Virus record (IMG/VR): IMGVR_UViG_3300017565_000029
Coordinates: 1 to 37,914 of that record
DNA from: a virus
Lineage: Duplodnaviria; Caudoviricetes
Length of the DNA stretch: 37,914 nucleotides
Direction: 5' to 3' (one strand)
A program made the position numbers and the translations under genes. Below the pieces are notes generated by a model that was not told the origin of the DNA, searched no databases, and saw only the letters and a program-made list of their open reading frames with translations. This document shows, piece after piece, positions 16,921-25,724 of the stretch. The first letter of the stretch is position 1; each line of letters starts with the position of its first letter.

Positions 16921-19900
16921 CTAAATGCCGAGGTCCGGCGGCAACATAAGCAGCTCCAGCTCCAAACGCTGGTGACCACCGGAACCAGGCACCATTGCGC
17001 GCGACAGCACCACGAACCGGCTGTTCGGCAGCGTGGTGACTTCTTTCTCGCCCTTGTATCCGCCGGACCCGAACGACTCGACGGCCTTTGCCCCCTCCGC
17101 GTACCGGATAGTCACGCGGTGCTTGCCGAAGTGCTGCGTCGCCGTCGGGTCGTACGACGTACACATGGGGCCCGTGGCCTGGATGACCGTGCCGACGGGA
17201 GATTTCAGCACCTGCTGCACCATGGCGTCGGTCATGTTCTGCCAGCGGTAGACAGACGTGCCCTCGGGCTGGCTGGTCGCGTGCTCGAGCGCAGCCTTTG
17301 CTACGTCCTTCAGCAGATGGCCGGAGTGGTCCTTTTCCTTCCCGTCGCGGAACAGGGTGTTGTACGAGCCCGACGCCTGCACGGACGTGATGAAGTGGCG
17401 CGCCAGGCTGGAGCCCTGCTTGAATTTCACCTTCGCCGCGGCGATCGCATTTGCCGTGAAGTGCGAAACCTTCTTAGGCTTGAATTTCTCGACCGACGAC
17501 ACCTGGCCGAGCGCGACCCAAAAGCCGAGCTTCTCGTTGGATTTGACCTTGCCAACGGTGGTGCCGAACTTCTTGGGCGGGAACGCTGCAGCGATACCAG
17601 CCACCGAGCCCGCCTCGGTCGCTCGGAACAGCTTCAACGGCTCCGGCGGATTGGCGATTTCGTCGAGCAACGTCACCAAATCCTGGTGGAGCTGCACGAC
17701 GTGCTTAGACGGGTGCTCCGAGATCGGATGGGCGGCGCCGGTGGCTTGGCCGGACTCCTTGTTCAGCGACTTGAACGAGAACGCACGCAACGTCGGCAGA
17801 TCGCCCTTTTTGGCGATTGCGAGCATTTCCTGCTCGACGGCAGCGTTCGCCGCGTTGACGTGGGCCTTGGACGACAGGCCTTTTCCGGGCCCGTTCCAGT
17901 TGGCGTAATCGTGCGCCTTCGGCAGCCGGGCGGGATCCACCGGCAAACGCTTGGGATCGAGCTTCTTCTTCACGGCCTTTACGGCGGCCGGGTATTGCTT
18001 GAGCAAGTCGGCCTTGCGCGCGATCAGGGTGTCGGCCAGCTTCTTCTTTTCGGTCCCTGTACCAGGCCCGTGCAGCATGACCGCGGACAGAATATCGTGG
18101 TCGTCGATCGCCGCGATCTTCGCCACGCCAGCGGCAATGTCGGCCGGCGTGATACCGGCGAACATGGACGACGACTGCGCGTTGATGGCCGGATCTAGCA
18201 GCGTCTTGGTTTCGGTGACCTTCGGCCCGAATGCCTTCTTCGCACCCTGGGCCCGGAACTCCATGGACGCGCCGACGTCGATGCGCACGGCCTGACCTGA
18301 CGGCTTTACCATGACGTTATCGAAGCCTAGGCCGGCGACGTCGTAGTTCGCCAGCCAGGCGTCGGCCGCAAAGCCAGCCTTGACGCTGTGCACCTTGCCC
18401 GAGGACAGCGCCGGCACGTCGTGTTTCAGCGTCGGGTCCATCAGCGAGGCAATGCCAACCTTGCCGTTTTGGACGGCCATGCGCGAGATCGGCGCGGTGA
18501 TGCCAGCCAGCTCGTACAGCTTGGCCGCGAGCACTTCGGATTTTGCGTGGTCTGGATTCTTGGGGAATTTTACGTAGTAGCGCGTTCCGTCCGGGGCCTC
18601 GAACACGCCGCCAGGGTTCGAGCCGGCCTGCGGGCCTACCTGCTTCCAGCCCGAGATATCGAGCGGAGCGGCGTCGTCGGACTGAGCCGGAGCCGCGGCA
18701 GCGGGCTCGCCCTGGTCGACCTTCACCCAGCGCCCGTGTTTGAGCACGAGCATGCCGTCGGCGCCCTGTTTGGTGTCGCCTTCCTTCGGGCCGGACTGTG
18801 TGACGCTGGCGACTTTGGGAGCGGGAGCATCCGCCAGCGATGCCGGCAGGCCACCATCGTATTTGAAATAGCCCTTCTTCTGCTTCGACAGCGCAAGGGC
18901 GTGCCCGTGATCCAGCGCTTTGTCGTGGCTATGATAGTCCGTCGTGGTGGAAAGACCGTCGGTGCCGATCTTGCCCCAATGCTTGGTGACCTTCGAACCA
19001 TCGACGGTCACCTTGTAGAATTTGTTGTGACCGTCGCTGGTGTGGTGCAGCGTGATGGAATGCGAGGCGGGCTCAGGCGGCGACGCTGATGCCGTCACCT
19101 TGGCGACGCGCGGCGGCTTGGGAGCGGCAGGTTTGGCCGCGGCTGCAGCCTTTTCCTTGACGTACGCCTTCTGGTCTGGCGTGAGCTTTTTCCAGAGGTT
19201 CGACCAGGAATCGGGGTGCTTGCTCGTCGGGCTGCCGGCGGCAAACCACTTCATCAATCCCGCTTCCTGCGACGGCGTGATCTCCGGCGGCGCAGCGGGA
19301 GCGACGGGAGCCGGAGAGGTCGCCTCGACCTTCGCCACCTTCGGCGCGGGAGCGGCCTCGGGAGCCGGAGCGCCGAGCGCGGCCAAGATCTTCGCCTGAG
19401 CGGCAGAGAGCTTTTTCCCGTAGGTATTGACGCCGAACTTCAGCGCCGCGACCTTCTCGGCGTCGCCGGTAGCGGCAGCATCCTTCAGCGCGGCCAGCTT
19501 CTTGTTCACCGTGCCTGCGTTGACGTTCGTGTCGGGCAGCGTCATGCCGGCCCAATCCACGGCCGCTAGGGCGAGCGTCGCGGGATCCGGCTTCGGCGGC
19601 TCCGGTGCAACCGGTTTGGCCTCGTCCGGCGGCGACAAGTGCGACCACTGCGCGCCGGTAGCCTGGCCGATCTGGCCGAGCAGCTCCGACTGCTTGTCCT
19701 TCGGCAGCGCGTAGAAGGCCTTCCACTGAGCCGGCGTCGGGTTCTTGCCCTCGCTGGCCGTCTTCTTCCACATCGACACCGCAGCCGACTGCGACGCGGC
19801 AGCCTGCAGCTCGGCGGCCAAACCCTTGACCTTGGCAGATTGCTCGTGCGGCGCCAGGCCGTGCAGCTTGCCGTCGGCCTGCAGCTTTTTGACCGCGGCG

Positions 19901-20064
19901 ACGTGATAGTGGGAGACGGCAACATGGTGCGCGTCGGCAGGAGCCTGTTTGTCCCCGCCGACCTTGTGCCAGCGCGGCGGGTTGCCATAGAGGGCATAGC
20001 CCGTCTGGTTCTTCAGGGCTTTGACGAACAGGATCGGGAAGGTGGAGACAGAGGGCGTCGACAT
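16921..20064 (-). CDS. Multidomain effector: WGR domain, atypical (HipA/PI3-4K-like) kinase, R-S-E ADP-ribosyltransferase
   Basis: WGR: HNKFY...HWGKIG...KQKKGY; kinase: GSNPGG, YYVK, SEVLA, LANYD, DNV, RIDVG; ART: VYRW, MCTS, GEKEV..LPNSRFVV. Confidence 0.82.
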   Translation of the reverse strand: MSTPSVSTFPILFVKALKNQTGYALYGNPPRWHKVGGDKQAPADAHHVAVSHYHVAAVKKLQADGKLHGLAPHEQSAKVKGLAAELQAAASQSAAVSMWKKTASEGKNPTPAQWKAFYALPKDKQSELLGQIGQATGAQWSHLSPPDEAKPVAPEPPKPDPATLALAAVDWAGMTLPDTNVNAGTVNKKLAALKDAAATGDAEKVAALKFGVNTYGKKLSAAQAKILAALGAPAPEAAPAPKVAKVEATSPAPVAPAAPPEITPSQEAGLMKWFAAGSPTSKHPDSWSNLWKKLTPDQKAYVKEKAAAAAKPAAPKPPRVAKVTASASPPEPASHSITLHHTSDGHNKFYKVTVDGSKVTKHWGKIGTDGLSTTTDYHSHDKALDHGHALALSKQKKGYFKYDGGLPASLADAPAPKVASVTQSGPKEGDTKQGADGMLVLKHGRWVKVDQGEPAAAAPAQSDDAAPLDISGWKQVGPQAGSNPGGVFEAPDGTRYYVKFPKNPDHAKSEVLAAKLYELAGITAPISRMAVQNGKVGIASLMDPTLKHDVPALSSGKVHSVKAGFAADAWLANYDVAGLGFDNVMVKPSGQAVRIDVGASMEFRAQGAKKAFGPKVTETKTLLDPAINAQSSSMFAGITPADIAAGVAKIAAIDDHDILSAVMLHGPGTGTEKKKLADTLIARKADLLKQYPAAVKAVKKKLDPKRLPVDPARLPKAHDYANWNGPGKGLSSKAHVNAANAAVEQEMLAIAKKGDLPTLRAFSFKSLNKESGQATGAAHPISEHPSKHVVQLHQDLVTLLDEIANPPEPLKLFRATEAGSVAGIAAAFPPKKFGTTVGKVKSNEKLGFWVALGQVSSVEKFKPKKVSHFTANAIAAAKVKFKQGSSLARHFITSVQASGSYNTLFRDGKEKDHSGHLLKDVAKAALEHATSQPEGTSVYRWQNMTDAMVQQVLKSPVGTVIQATGPMCTSYDPTATQHFGKHRVTIRYAEGAKAVESFGSGGYKGEKEVTTLPNSRFVVLSRAMVPGSGGHQRLELELLMLPPDLGI

Positions 20065-20071
20065 ACCCGAC

Positions 20072-20087
20072 AGGGTAAGATCACGAC
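20072..20087 (-). promoter_or_regulatory. Late promoter motif, leaderless
   Basis: GTCGTGA-TCT-TACCCT, 7 nt, ATG(20064); 16-bp core identical to portal promoter. Confidence 0.7.
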
Positions 20088-20091
20088 GCTC

Positions 20092-20108
20092 GCGCCCGAT
20101 AAGCGCCC
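20092..20108 (+). repeat. GCGCCC doublet repeat
   Basis: GCGCCCGATAAGCGCCC. Confidence 0.7.
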
Positions 20109-20150
20109 TGCGAGAAGGGCCGGCGCGACTTGTGGAGCTATGTCAGACGG

Positions 20151-20420
20151 TTATGGTTGCCGGTCGTCAGACTGAGCATCAGGTGCAGGCCGACGACCGA
20201 TTTCGTGCCAGCGGTAGGCTGTCCGGTCAATGTCGCCACCGCAACGGAGGCATCGATATTTCTGGCGAGTAGGGTTCGAGGCGTCCGGCAACGGCGCAAA
20301 CTCGTGCCAGGCGCATGAATCCAGCTTCTGAATGTTCGCCCTGACCTGTTCGGCCAGGGTGACCATTTCCGTTCGCGGTAGGCCGGTGACCTTCGCTAGA
20401 GCGTCGAGAAGGTCAGGCAT
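20151..20420 (-). CDS. Hypothetical protein with CxxH/CxxC zinc-binding motif
   Basis: CAWHEF...CLRCGG; TAATG coupling. Confidence 0.7.
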   Translation of the reverse strand: MPDLLDALAKVTGLPRTEMVTLAEQVRANIQKLDSCAWHEFAPLPDASNPTRQKYRCLRCGGDIDRTAYRWHEIGRRPAPDAQSDDRQP

Positions 20421-20542
20421 TAGCCGAGGTTGAAAGGCTCAAGAATGCTCTTGATCTTGTCGACAACACCGTCGACCAGGCCAGCGCGCTGAGCATAGAT
20501 GCCGGCGGCCGCACCAGCGATGAAGGCCACAACGTAGAACAT
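20420..20542 (-). CDS. 40-aa single-pass membrane protein (below ORF-track cutoff)
   Basis: MFYVVAFIAGAAAGIYAQRAGLVDGVVDKIKSILEPFNLG; GGAG RBS; stop overlaps next ATG. Confidence 0.7.
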   Translation of the reverse strand: MFYVVAFIAGAAAGIYAQRAGLVDGVVDKIKSILEPFNLG

Positions 20543-20586
20543 GATCGACTCCGGTCGTTCGAGGGGGGACTAGCAGTAGAGCCCCC

Positions 20587-20602
20587 ATAGTGCGGTCACG
20601 AC
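20587..20602 (-). promoter_or_regulatory. Late promoter motif with leader
   Basis: GTCGTGA-CCG-CACTAT. Confidence 0.65.
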
Positions 20603-20613
20603 CGGAGCAAGGC

Positions 20614-20949
20614 CTACTGTATGCCGCCGATCGGCCGCACGTCGGCGAGCTGGGCGGCACGGGACAGCTTGAAATTGAAGTCCAGCACCCAGCGGGCCGA
20701 CACGCCCGTCTGGTCCGCCTGAGACAGCAGCTCGCAGTGCTTGCACATGGCGGACATGAGCGTGAACATCTGCAGCGACATCGGCGTGTGGTCCAATGCG
20801 TTGCTGAGCAGGCCAATGATCATGCTCACCATGCCGACCGCGTTGTCGCCACGGATGAACAGGCCCGGCCAGTCGTCGCCGATGGCGAGCGGGCCGGTTT
20901 CGACGCGCGCGAGTTCTGGAGGAACGGGAATCGTACGGACCTCGGTCAT
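20614..20949 (-). CDS. Hypothetical phage protein, 111 aa
   Basis: ATGA overlap at 20949; GDDWPGLFIRGDNA motif. Confidence 0.7.
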   Translation of the reverse strand: MTEVRTIPVPPELARVETGPLAIGDDWPGLFIRGDNAVGMVSMIIGLLSNALDHTPMSLQMFTLMSAMCKHCELLSQADQTGVSARWVLDFNFKLSRAAQLADVRPIGGIQ

Positions 20950-21464
20950 GTCATCGCCCCCACAACGCAGGCGATGATGAGCAGCACGATGCCGGTCCAG
21001 AACCAATAACGCCAGTCGGCGAGACGCTTCTCGGTCGTGGGATCGGGCAGAGATTCGCGGTGGTCCTTCAGGAAGGCGTCGACGTCCAGCTCGAGAGGGG
21101 CACCCGGCGTCGCGAGCTCTGCCGGAGCGTCGGTTGTCGAGGCCTCGGCGCCGGAGTGGAAGTGCGGCAAAAAGTCGATCCGAGTGGCATAATCAGCGGT
21201 CACCTGTTCAAGCGTTGTAATCCGGTCGAATGCCGGCCTCACCGCCAGGCCGCGCCAGTAGTACACGCCGGTCTCGGTCCACACCAAGTCATCCGGCCAC
21301 GTTGCGAAGAAGGTGTCCCAAGTATAGCGACCGGTGGCCTCGTCCCGTCCTCGGAGCCAAACCTCGTATGTGCCCGGATGAACAGGCTTAACCTTCGGCC
21401 CGAGATAGAAAGGCCCCAACGGAAACTCGCGCCCGTCCGGCGCGGTCCATGTCTCTTTTTTCAC
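20946..21464 (-). CDS. Hypothetical protein with C-terminal transmembrane helix
   Basis: GGAG RBS before GTG; WFWTGIVLLIIACVVGA tail. Confidence 0.7.
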   Translation of the reverse strand: MKKETWTAPDGREFPLGPFYLGPKVKPVHPGTYEVWLRGRDEATGRYTWDTFFATWPDDLVWTETGVYYWRGLAVRPAFDRITTLEQVTADYATRIDFLPHFHSGAEASTTDAPAELATPGAPLELDVDAFLKDHRESLPDPTTEKRLADWRYWFWTGIVLLIIACVVGAMT

Positions 21465-21478
21465 ATTTGCTCCAACAT

Positions 21479-21497
21479 GCGCCCGATAAGCGCCCGA
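21479..21497 (+). repeat. GCGCCC doublet repeat
   Basis: GCGCCCGATAAGCGCCCGA. Confidence 0.7.
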
Positions 21498-21538
21498 GCG
21501 CGGGGCGATGCTGCCAACCCCGCAGGTTTATCAACGGC

Positions 21539-21778
21539 CTACACAGGCCGAGCGTCAGACAAACAATCAGTTTTGAGGCCCAGCCGCGCCTCGTCGTATT
21601 TCGGCAACGGCGCCCAGCCGAGCCAATAATCGCTCTTGCCGTCCCACTTCCCATAAACGGCCACCCGGCCGGCGTTCAAAAGCTGCACCTTCGTGTTCAG
21701 CGGGCACGTCGACATCGGCTGCCAGAAAAATCCGTGGTCGACGGCCACGCCCTGCGCGTTGATTTTGGTCGTCATCAC
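21539..21778 (-). CDS. DUF551-like small phage protein
   Basis: WQPMSTCP...W.GWAPLP pattern. Confidence 0.65.
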   Translation of the reverse strand: MMTTKINAQGVAVDHGFFWQPMSTCPLNTKVQLLNAGRVAVYGKWDGKSDYWLGWAPLPKYDEARLGLKTDCLSDARPV

Positions 21779-23148
21779 GCACGCTCCCGAGCCGGACGGA
21801 CGTCGGCCACCATGGCGAAGCTGCCCATTGCCAGCGGCTTGATCGGTTCGAGGTCGATGCGGACCACCACACCATGATCCAGCGCATCAAGAATTAAGCG
21901 ATGGGCAGCGCGGCTGATCCAGGCAACAGCTTCGTCGGCGTTGTTGTAGGACGGCGCAGGACGATCAATCAGATCCCGCATCACATCCGCCCGATGCCAT
22001 CCGAGATACTTGACGGGCAGCTTGCCGGACTGAACCCAATCCTGAATGAAATTGGTCTTTTCCAGCCATTCGTCGAACGCGAACTTTACGGCTTCCTGAT
22101 TGGCCGGAGGCTTCTGCGCGGCCAGGGCGGCGCGGGCTTGCCGAGCAGCCTTAATGACATGCCCATTATCGTCAACGAACAACGACGGCAGGCAGTTCAA
22201 TTCCTTTGCTACCTGCCAGAACAGGTCAATCCATGCCTTCACATCCCCGCCGCGCTGCTGGCGGTCGGCTACCCATTTTTTTGTCGCCTCATCGCCAAGG
22301 ACATGCGCGAGCTGATCGAACGAAATCGGCGCTATGGAGCCGCGCAGCATGTTGATGTGAACTGCCGCCGGGTCTTTCAGCAGGTTGGTCTGCAGTTTGG
22401 CAGTTTTATCGCGTTCGGCCTTCACGAACGCCTCGACGGCGCATTGCTCCCAAGGATCAAGCCGTTCGACCAGATGCGGCGGCAGCGCGGCATATCCAAG
22501 GGTCAATTTATATTCGTGCTCGGTGCGCGGCTCTGGTTCCACAGCAACCTTTGCGGCAGGAGCGATGCTTTCGCCACGCTGGTGCAACATCATCGAGAGA
22601 TTGCCGACGTCTAGAGGGTCGCCTTTCTCAACGAGATCGCGCAGCAGCGCCGACAGGAACCCCGCGCTGCAAATTTCCTCGCGGTCCCAGCCGCCACGAC
22701 CCTCGGCGCGCTTCTTGGTGAGCTTGGCCTTCATCGCTGCGGCGAAGCGATCGACGGCAACGTCGTCCGGGTGTTGCTCGGCGCTGGCCTGGGGCGCGGC
22801 GTAGCGGGACAGCAGCTCGCGGCTCGCCGCGACGATCTGGTCACCGGTGTAAGTCATGGTTCCGGCGTCGTCGTTCGGACGACCGAACTCGACCATGACA
22901 TCCTGAATAGCGTCGTCGCTCGGCTCACCCGCCCCGCGCAGCTTTTCCTCTGCCTCAAGCGCCCGTTTCTTCCAGATTTCCAGATCCTCGCGCGCGCCGG
23001 CATAGGCGTCGGCCATGCCGCGGCGCTTCAGGACTTCTGCCTCGATCTCGGTTAGCATTTTGACCGTGACCTCGGTGCTGTACCGGCGAGCCAGCCAGAG
23101 GCCCCACGGGAGGTTCAGCAGGCGAGCGGTTTCTATTGGGTTGCTCAC
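21775..23148 (-). CDS. Mosaic Ead/Ea22-like accessory protein with MazG-like helical module
   Basis: Start moved to GTG 23148 (GTGA overlap); HPDDVAVDRFAAAMKAKL...GRGGW...KGDPLDVGNLSMML module. Confidence 0.65.
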   Translation of the reverse strand: MSNPIETARLLNLPWGLWLARRYSTEVTVKMLTEIEAEVLKRRGMADAYAGAREDLEIWKKRALEAEEKLRGAGEPSDDAIQDVMVEFGRPNDDAGTMTYTGDQIVAASRELLSRYAAPQASAEQHPDDVAVDRFAAAMKAKLTKKRAEGRGGWDREEICSAGFLSALLRDLVEKGDPLDVGNLSMMLHQRGESIAPAAKVAVEPEPRTEHEYKLTLGYAALPPHLVERLDPWEQCAVEAFVKAERDKTAKLQTNLLKDPAAVHINMLRGSIAPISFDQLAHVLGDEATKKWVADRQQRGGDVKAWIDLFWQVAKELNCLPSLFVDDNGHVIKAARQARAALAAQKPPANQEAVKFAFDEWLEKTNFIQDWVQSGKLPVKYLGWHRADVMRDLIDRPAPSYNNADEAVAWISRAAHRLILDALDHGVVVRIDLEPIKPLAMGSFAMVADVRPARERA

Positions 23149-23753
23149 GGCTGCACCCCCGCCGCGCCCAACCCGACCTCGGCGCGCGTGAGCGTGATGC
23201 GCTCGACGGGCACGTCGTTGCCGGAGGCGAATTTTTCGCGGATAAGGTCCGCAATAGCCAAGCGAGTAGCGGCTTCCTCGCCAACGCTTACGACGACCTG
23301 AGTGCCGCTGTTGATTGTTTCGGCCAGGCGCTGGAGGTTCGCCAGCAAGCCGTCGTTCACCACATCGCGCCGCAGTTTCAGGAACACGACCTCGTGCTGC
23401 TCGTCCGGCACGCAGCCGTTGCGCTCGACCGACGCGCCGAGATCGGCGTGGCGCAGCATGTCCTCGGTAACGATGCGGCGCTTGATGAAACCCCACAGAG
23501 CGCGCCAGCGGTCGAAGGCGATATCGGCCTTGATCTTGTGGAAGTAGTCCTCATACGCCTGAGCGCAGAGGCCGTCGTCGGTGACCGGCTTAGGCTTGAT
23601 CTGGTTCGGCATTTCCTGAATGCCACTCGACGCGATTCTCTCCAAACCTTCGATGGTTTCAGGTGACGCCACGCCGGGCTCGTAAATGCCCGTGCCTTTT
23701 TCGGGATCGCCGAGCATCTCGCGCATGGCGTCTTGGTTGTTTTTAGTGTCCAT
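23145..23753 (-). CDS. Hypothetical protein, 202 aa
   Basis: AAGGAAAGGA RBS; own promoter. Confidence 0.75.
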   Translation of the reverse strand: MDTKNNQDAMREMLGDPEKGTGIYEPGVASPETIEGLERIASSGIQEMPNQIKPKPVTDDGLCAQAYEDYFHKIKADIAFDRWRALWGFIKRRIVTEDMLRHADLGASVERNGCVPDEQHEVVFLKLRRDVVNDGLLANLQRLAETINSGTQVVVSVGEEAATRLAIADLIREKFASGNDVPVERITLTRAEVGLGAAGVQP

Positions 23754-23777
23754 TCCTTTCCTTGGTTGCCGGGCACT

Positions 23778-23794
23778 GCGCCCGATGAGCGCCC
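23778..23794 (+). repeat. GCGCCC doublet repeat
   Basis: GCGCCCGATGAGCGCCC. Confidence 0.65.
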
Positions 23795-23816
23795 ATTATG
23801 ACTCAGAATTGAGTAT
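23795..23816 (-). promoter_or_regulatory. Palindromic box adjacent to -10 element
   Basis: ATACTCAATTCTGAG-T-CATAAT. Confidence 0.55.
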
Positions 23817-23864
23817 TAGTGTGCGAATCCAAGGGGTTATTGCATCCGCACAACAGACTAAGGG

Positions 23865-24185
23865 TCAGGTGGCGGGCGCCATTGCTGCAGCGACGCGGAC
23901 AACAGCACGGCGAGTGGCGTCACGATCGTCACCGTTCTCGCGCCGCATGGAGTTGGCGGTTCCAGAACCCGCCACGACGAAGTCTGGCGCATGCGATATG
24001 TCGATCCGCAGCTTAACCGCCAGCCGGAACACCTGGCCGTCGTTGTCCAGCGGGTTCCAAAGCTCCCGCCCGGTTTCCGGGTCGTCGTAGTAGAAGCACT
24101 GGCTGCCGTTGCGCCAAGTCAGCCCGGCGCATTCATACGCTCGGGCCGAGCGCTCGAGCAGGATGCGATCTTCCTCGTCCATCAC
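23865..24185 (-). CDS. Hypothetical phage protein, 106 aa
   Basis: WNPLDNDGQVFRLAVKL...ATRRAVVRVAA pattern; coupled start. Confidence 0.75.
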   Translation of the reverse strand: MMDEEDRILLERSARAYECAGLTWRNGSQCFYYDDPETGRELWNPLDNDGQVFRLAVKLRIDISHAPDFVVAGSGTANSMRRENGDDRDATRRAVVRVAAAMAPAT

Positions 24186-24565
24186 TCCCCCTTGCGCCGA
24201 CGGGCGCCTGGATACTCGGGCTGGACCTTGTAGGCTGGCGGCTCGATGGTGTTGAGGATCAGCTCGCGCCAGTTGTCGCCCGTGTTCGGCACGGCAAGCA
24301 ACACGGCAACCGGCATTTGCAGCGTGATGCCGTCGAAGTCGCGGGGATTACCAGGCCGAGCCATCGCGTCGACGATATCGACCGGCACGGCGATGTTCGA
24401 GCAGCCGCTGTTGTAGTAGCCCAGGTGCGACATGACACGCGCCTCGGCGTACTTCCCGGCTGAGATCGTCCGGTAGCAATATCCGCAGTCGTCGGGCCTC
24501 CAGAGAGTAATGTAGCGGTGCTCGCGCAGCGTGTGCGCCACGCTAATGACGTAGTATTCTTTCAC
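24182..24565 (-). CDS. Hypothetical phage protein, 127 aa
   Basis: GGAGG RBS, GTGA overlap; YITLWRPDDCGY...AGKY. Confidence 0.7.
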   Translation of the reverse strand: MKEYYVISVAHTLREHRYITLWRPDDCGYCYRTISAGKYAEARVMSHLGYYNSGCSNIAVPVDIVDAMARPGNPRDFDGITLQMPVAVLLAVPNTGDNWRELILNTIEPPAYKVQPEYPGARRRKGE

Positions 24566-24801
24566 GAGCGCCTCCACACCCGGTGGCCGGCCTGCTCCTC
24601 GCCCGTGGTGGTGATCGAGAACGTCGCTCCGGTAGCTCGGCTGAACGCCTTCGTTTGTTTGAAAATCGTCGCCTGGGTGGCAATCACGTTGGCCGGAATG
24701 AATATGGAATCCCCCACCTCCATCTTTTCCAGTGGGATTTGAGGGGCCTTCTTTTTCCCGCGAAACGGGAGGTTTTTGTCAATTTTGAATTCGTAGCTCA
24801 T
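24562..24801 (-). CDS. Small putative DNA-binding protein, 79 aa
   Basis: FKIDKNLP...MEVGDSIFIP...RVWR pattern; ATGA overlap. Confidence 0.65.
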   Translation of the reverse strand: MSYEFKIDKNLPFRGKKKAPQIPLEKMEVGDSIFIPANVIATQATIFKQTKAFSRATGATFSITTTGEEQAGHRVWRRS

Positions 24802-25004
24802 ACCCTTCCTTGGTTGGACCCGCCGAGCTGCAGCGGAATATCGTCGGCCGGCACGGCCTCGCCGGTACGCAGATTGACGCCACCCTTGCCCTGACACAGC
24901 GCACAGCGGTCGCCGTGATAGCGACCGTTGCCACCGCAGTCCGGGCACAGGACCGGCTCGTCGAGCATGCCGGACTTGGCTAGGACTTCGGGGTCGTTAA
25001 GCAT
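24798..25004 (-). CDS. DnaJ-type zinc finger mini-protein
   Basis: CPDCGGNG and CALCQGKG. Confidence 0.75.
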   Translation of the reverse strand: MLNDPEVLAKSGMLDEPVLCPDCGGNGRYHGDRCALCQGKGGVNLRTGEAVPADDIPLQLGGSNQGRV

Positions 25005-25437
25005 CGGCCGGCTCAGAGTTGAGGAACATCTGAATGTCTGCCAGCAGGACGCTGTCGATCCCGTCCACGCAGCGCAGGGGCTCGTAAGCGCGCTCGAGCA
25101 GGCGGGTGGGCAGAGCGAGCTGTTCCGCCTTGCGCGCAGCCAGAATCTGCACCGTCTTTGCCGGATTCAGCCACACGTCGCTCACGATGTTGCCGATACG
25201 GTAGACCTGCGCATCATCCTGCTCGGCGCGCACAGCCTTGCCGACCAGCTTGTCCCACGAATCCACGCCGACGACGGTCAGCAGGTCGGACAGGAACACG
25301 TCCGCCAGCTCGCCATTCAACGGAAAGCCGCCGAAGTTTTGCTCCTGATCGCCGTAGTTAAGGCGGACCAAAGCGATCAGGGCGCCACCCTGTTTAACGA
25401 GCGACGCCTCTTTGATGATTGCATTGCGAACTTGCAT
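24997..25437 (-). CDS. Hypothetical protein, 146 aa
   Basis: GAGGA RBS. Confidence 0.75.
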   Translation of the reverse strand: MQVRNAIIKEASLVKQGGALIALVRLNYGDQEQNFGGFPLNGELADVFLSDLLTVVGVDSWDKLVGKAVRAEQDDAQVYRIGNIVSDVWLNPAKTVQILAARKAEQLALPTRLLERAYEPLRCVDGIDSVLLADIQMFLNSEPADA

Positions 25438-25468
25438 AATTTCCTCGGTAGAGTGGGGCCAAAGCCCC

Positions 25469-25484
25469 GTTATTGAGTCACGAC
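25469..25484 (-). promoter_or_regulatory. Degenerate copy of late promoter motif
   Basis: GTCGTGA-CTC-AATAAC, intergenic, but lacks final -10 T. Confidence 0.35.
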
Positions 25485-25493
25485 GTCAGGCGG

Positions 25494-25724
25494 TCACGCG
25501 CTCGGCGTCATCCGCACGAAGCGATAGAACCCACGGCCTTTTTTGTAGGTCATGGTGATCTGGCCGCGCTTGACCAGCAGTCTCGCGCCCGTGGCGACAG
25601 CGCGAGAATCGATGCCGTCGCCCATCTTCTCTGCAATGCCGGCGGCGGTAATGGAGAGGCGGTGCGCCTTGAGGGCTAGCAGGAGGCGATCGCCGAAGGT
25701 CTGCTTTTTGGTGGTATCAGCCAT
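25494..25724 (-). CDS. Winged-helix protein, 76 aa
   Basis: TGATG-coupled start; TAAGIAEKM...SRAVATGARLLVKRGQI...GFYRF. Confidence 0.65.
   Translation of the reverse strand: MADTTKKQTFGDRLLLALKAHRLSITAAGIAEKMGDGIDSRAVATGARLLVKRGQITMTYKKGRGFYRFVRMTPSA

Noticed and set aside
23149-23496. N-terminal extension of the 573-aa ORF, and similar long starts at 26132, 28395, 29026, 24948, 15085
   Set aside because: Extensions overlap upstream genes in another frame; coupled downstream starts fit better
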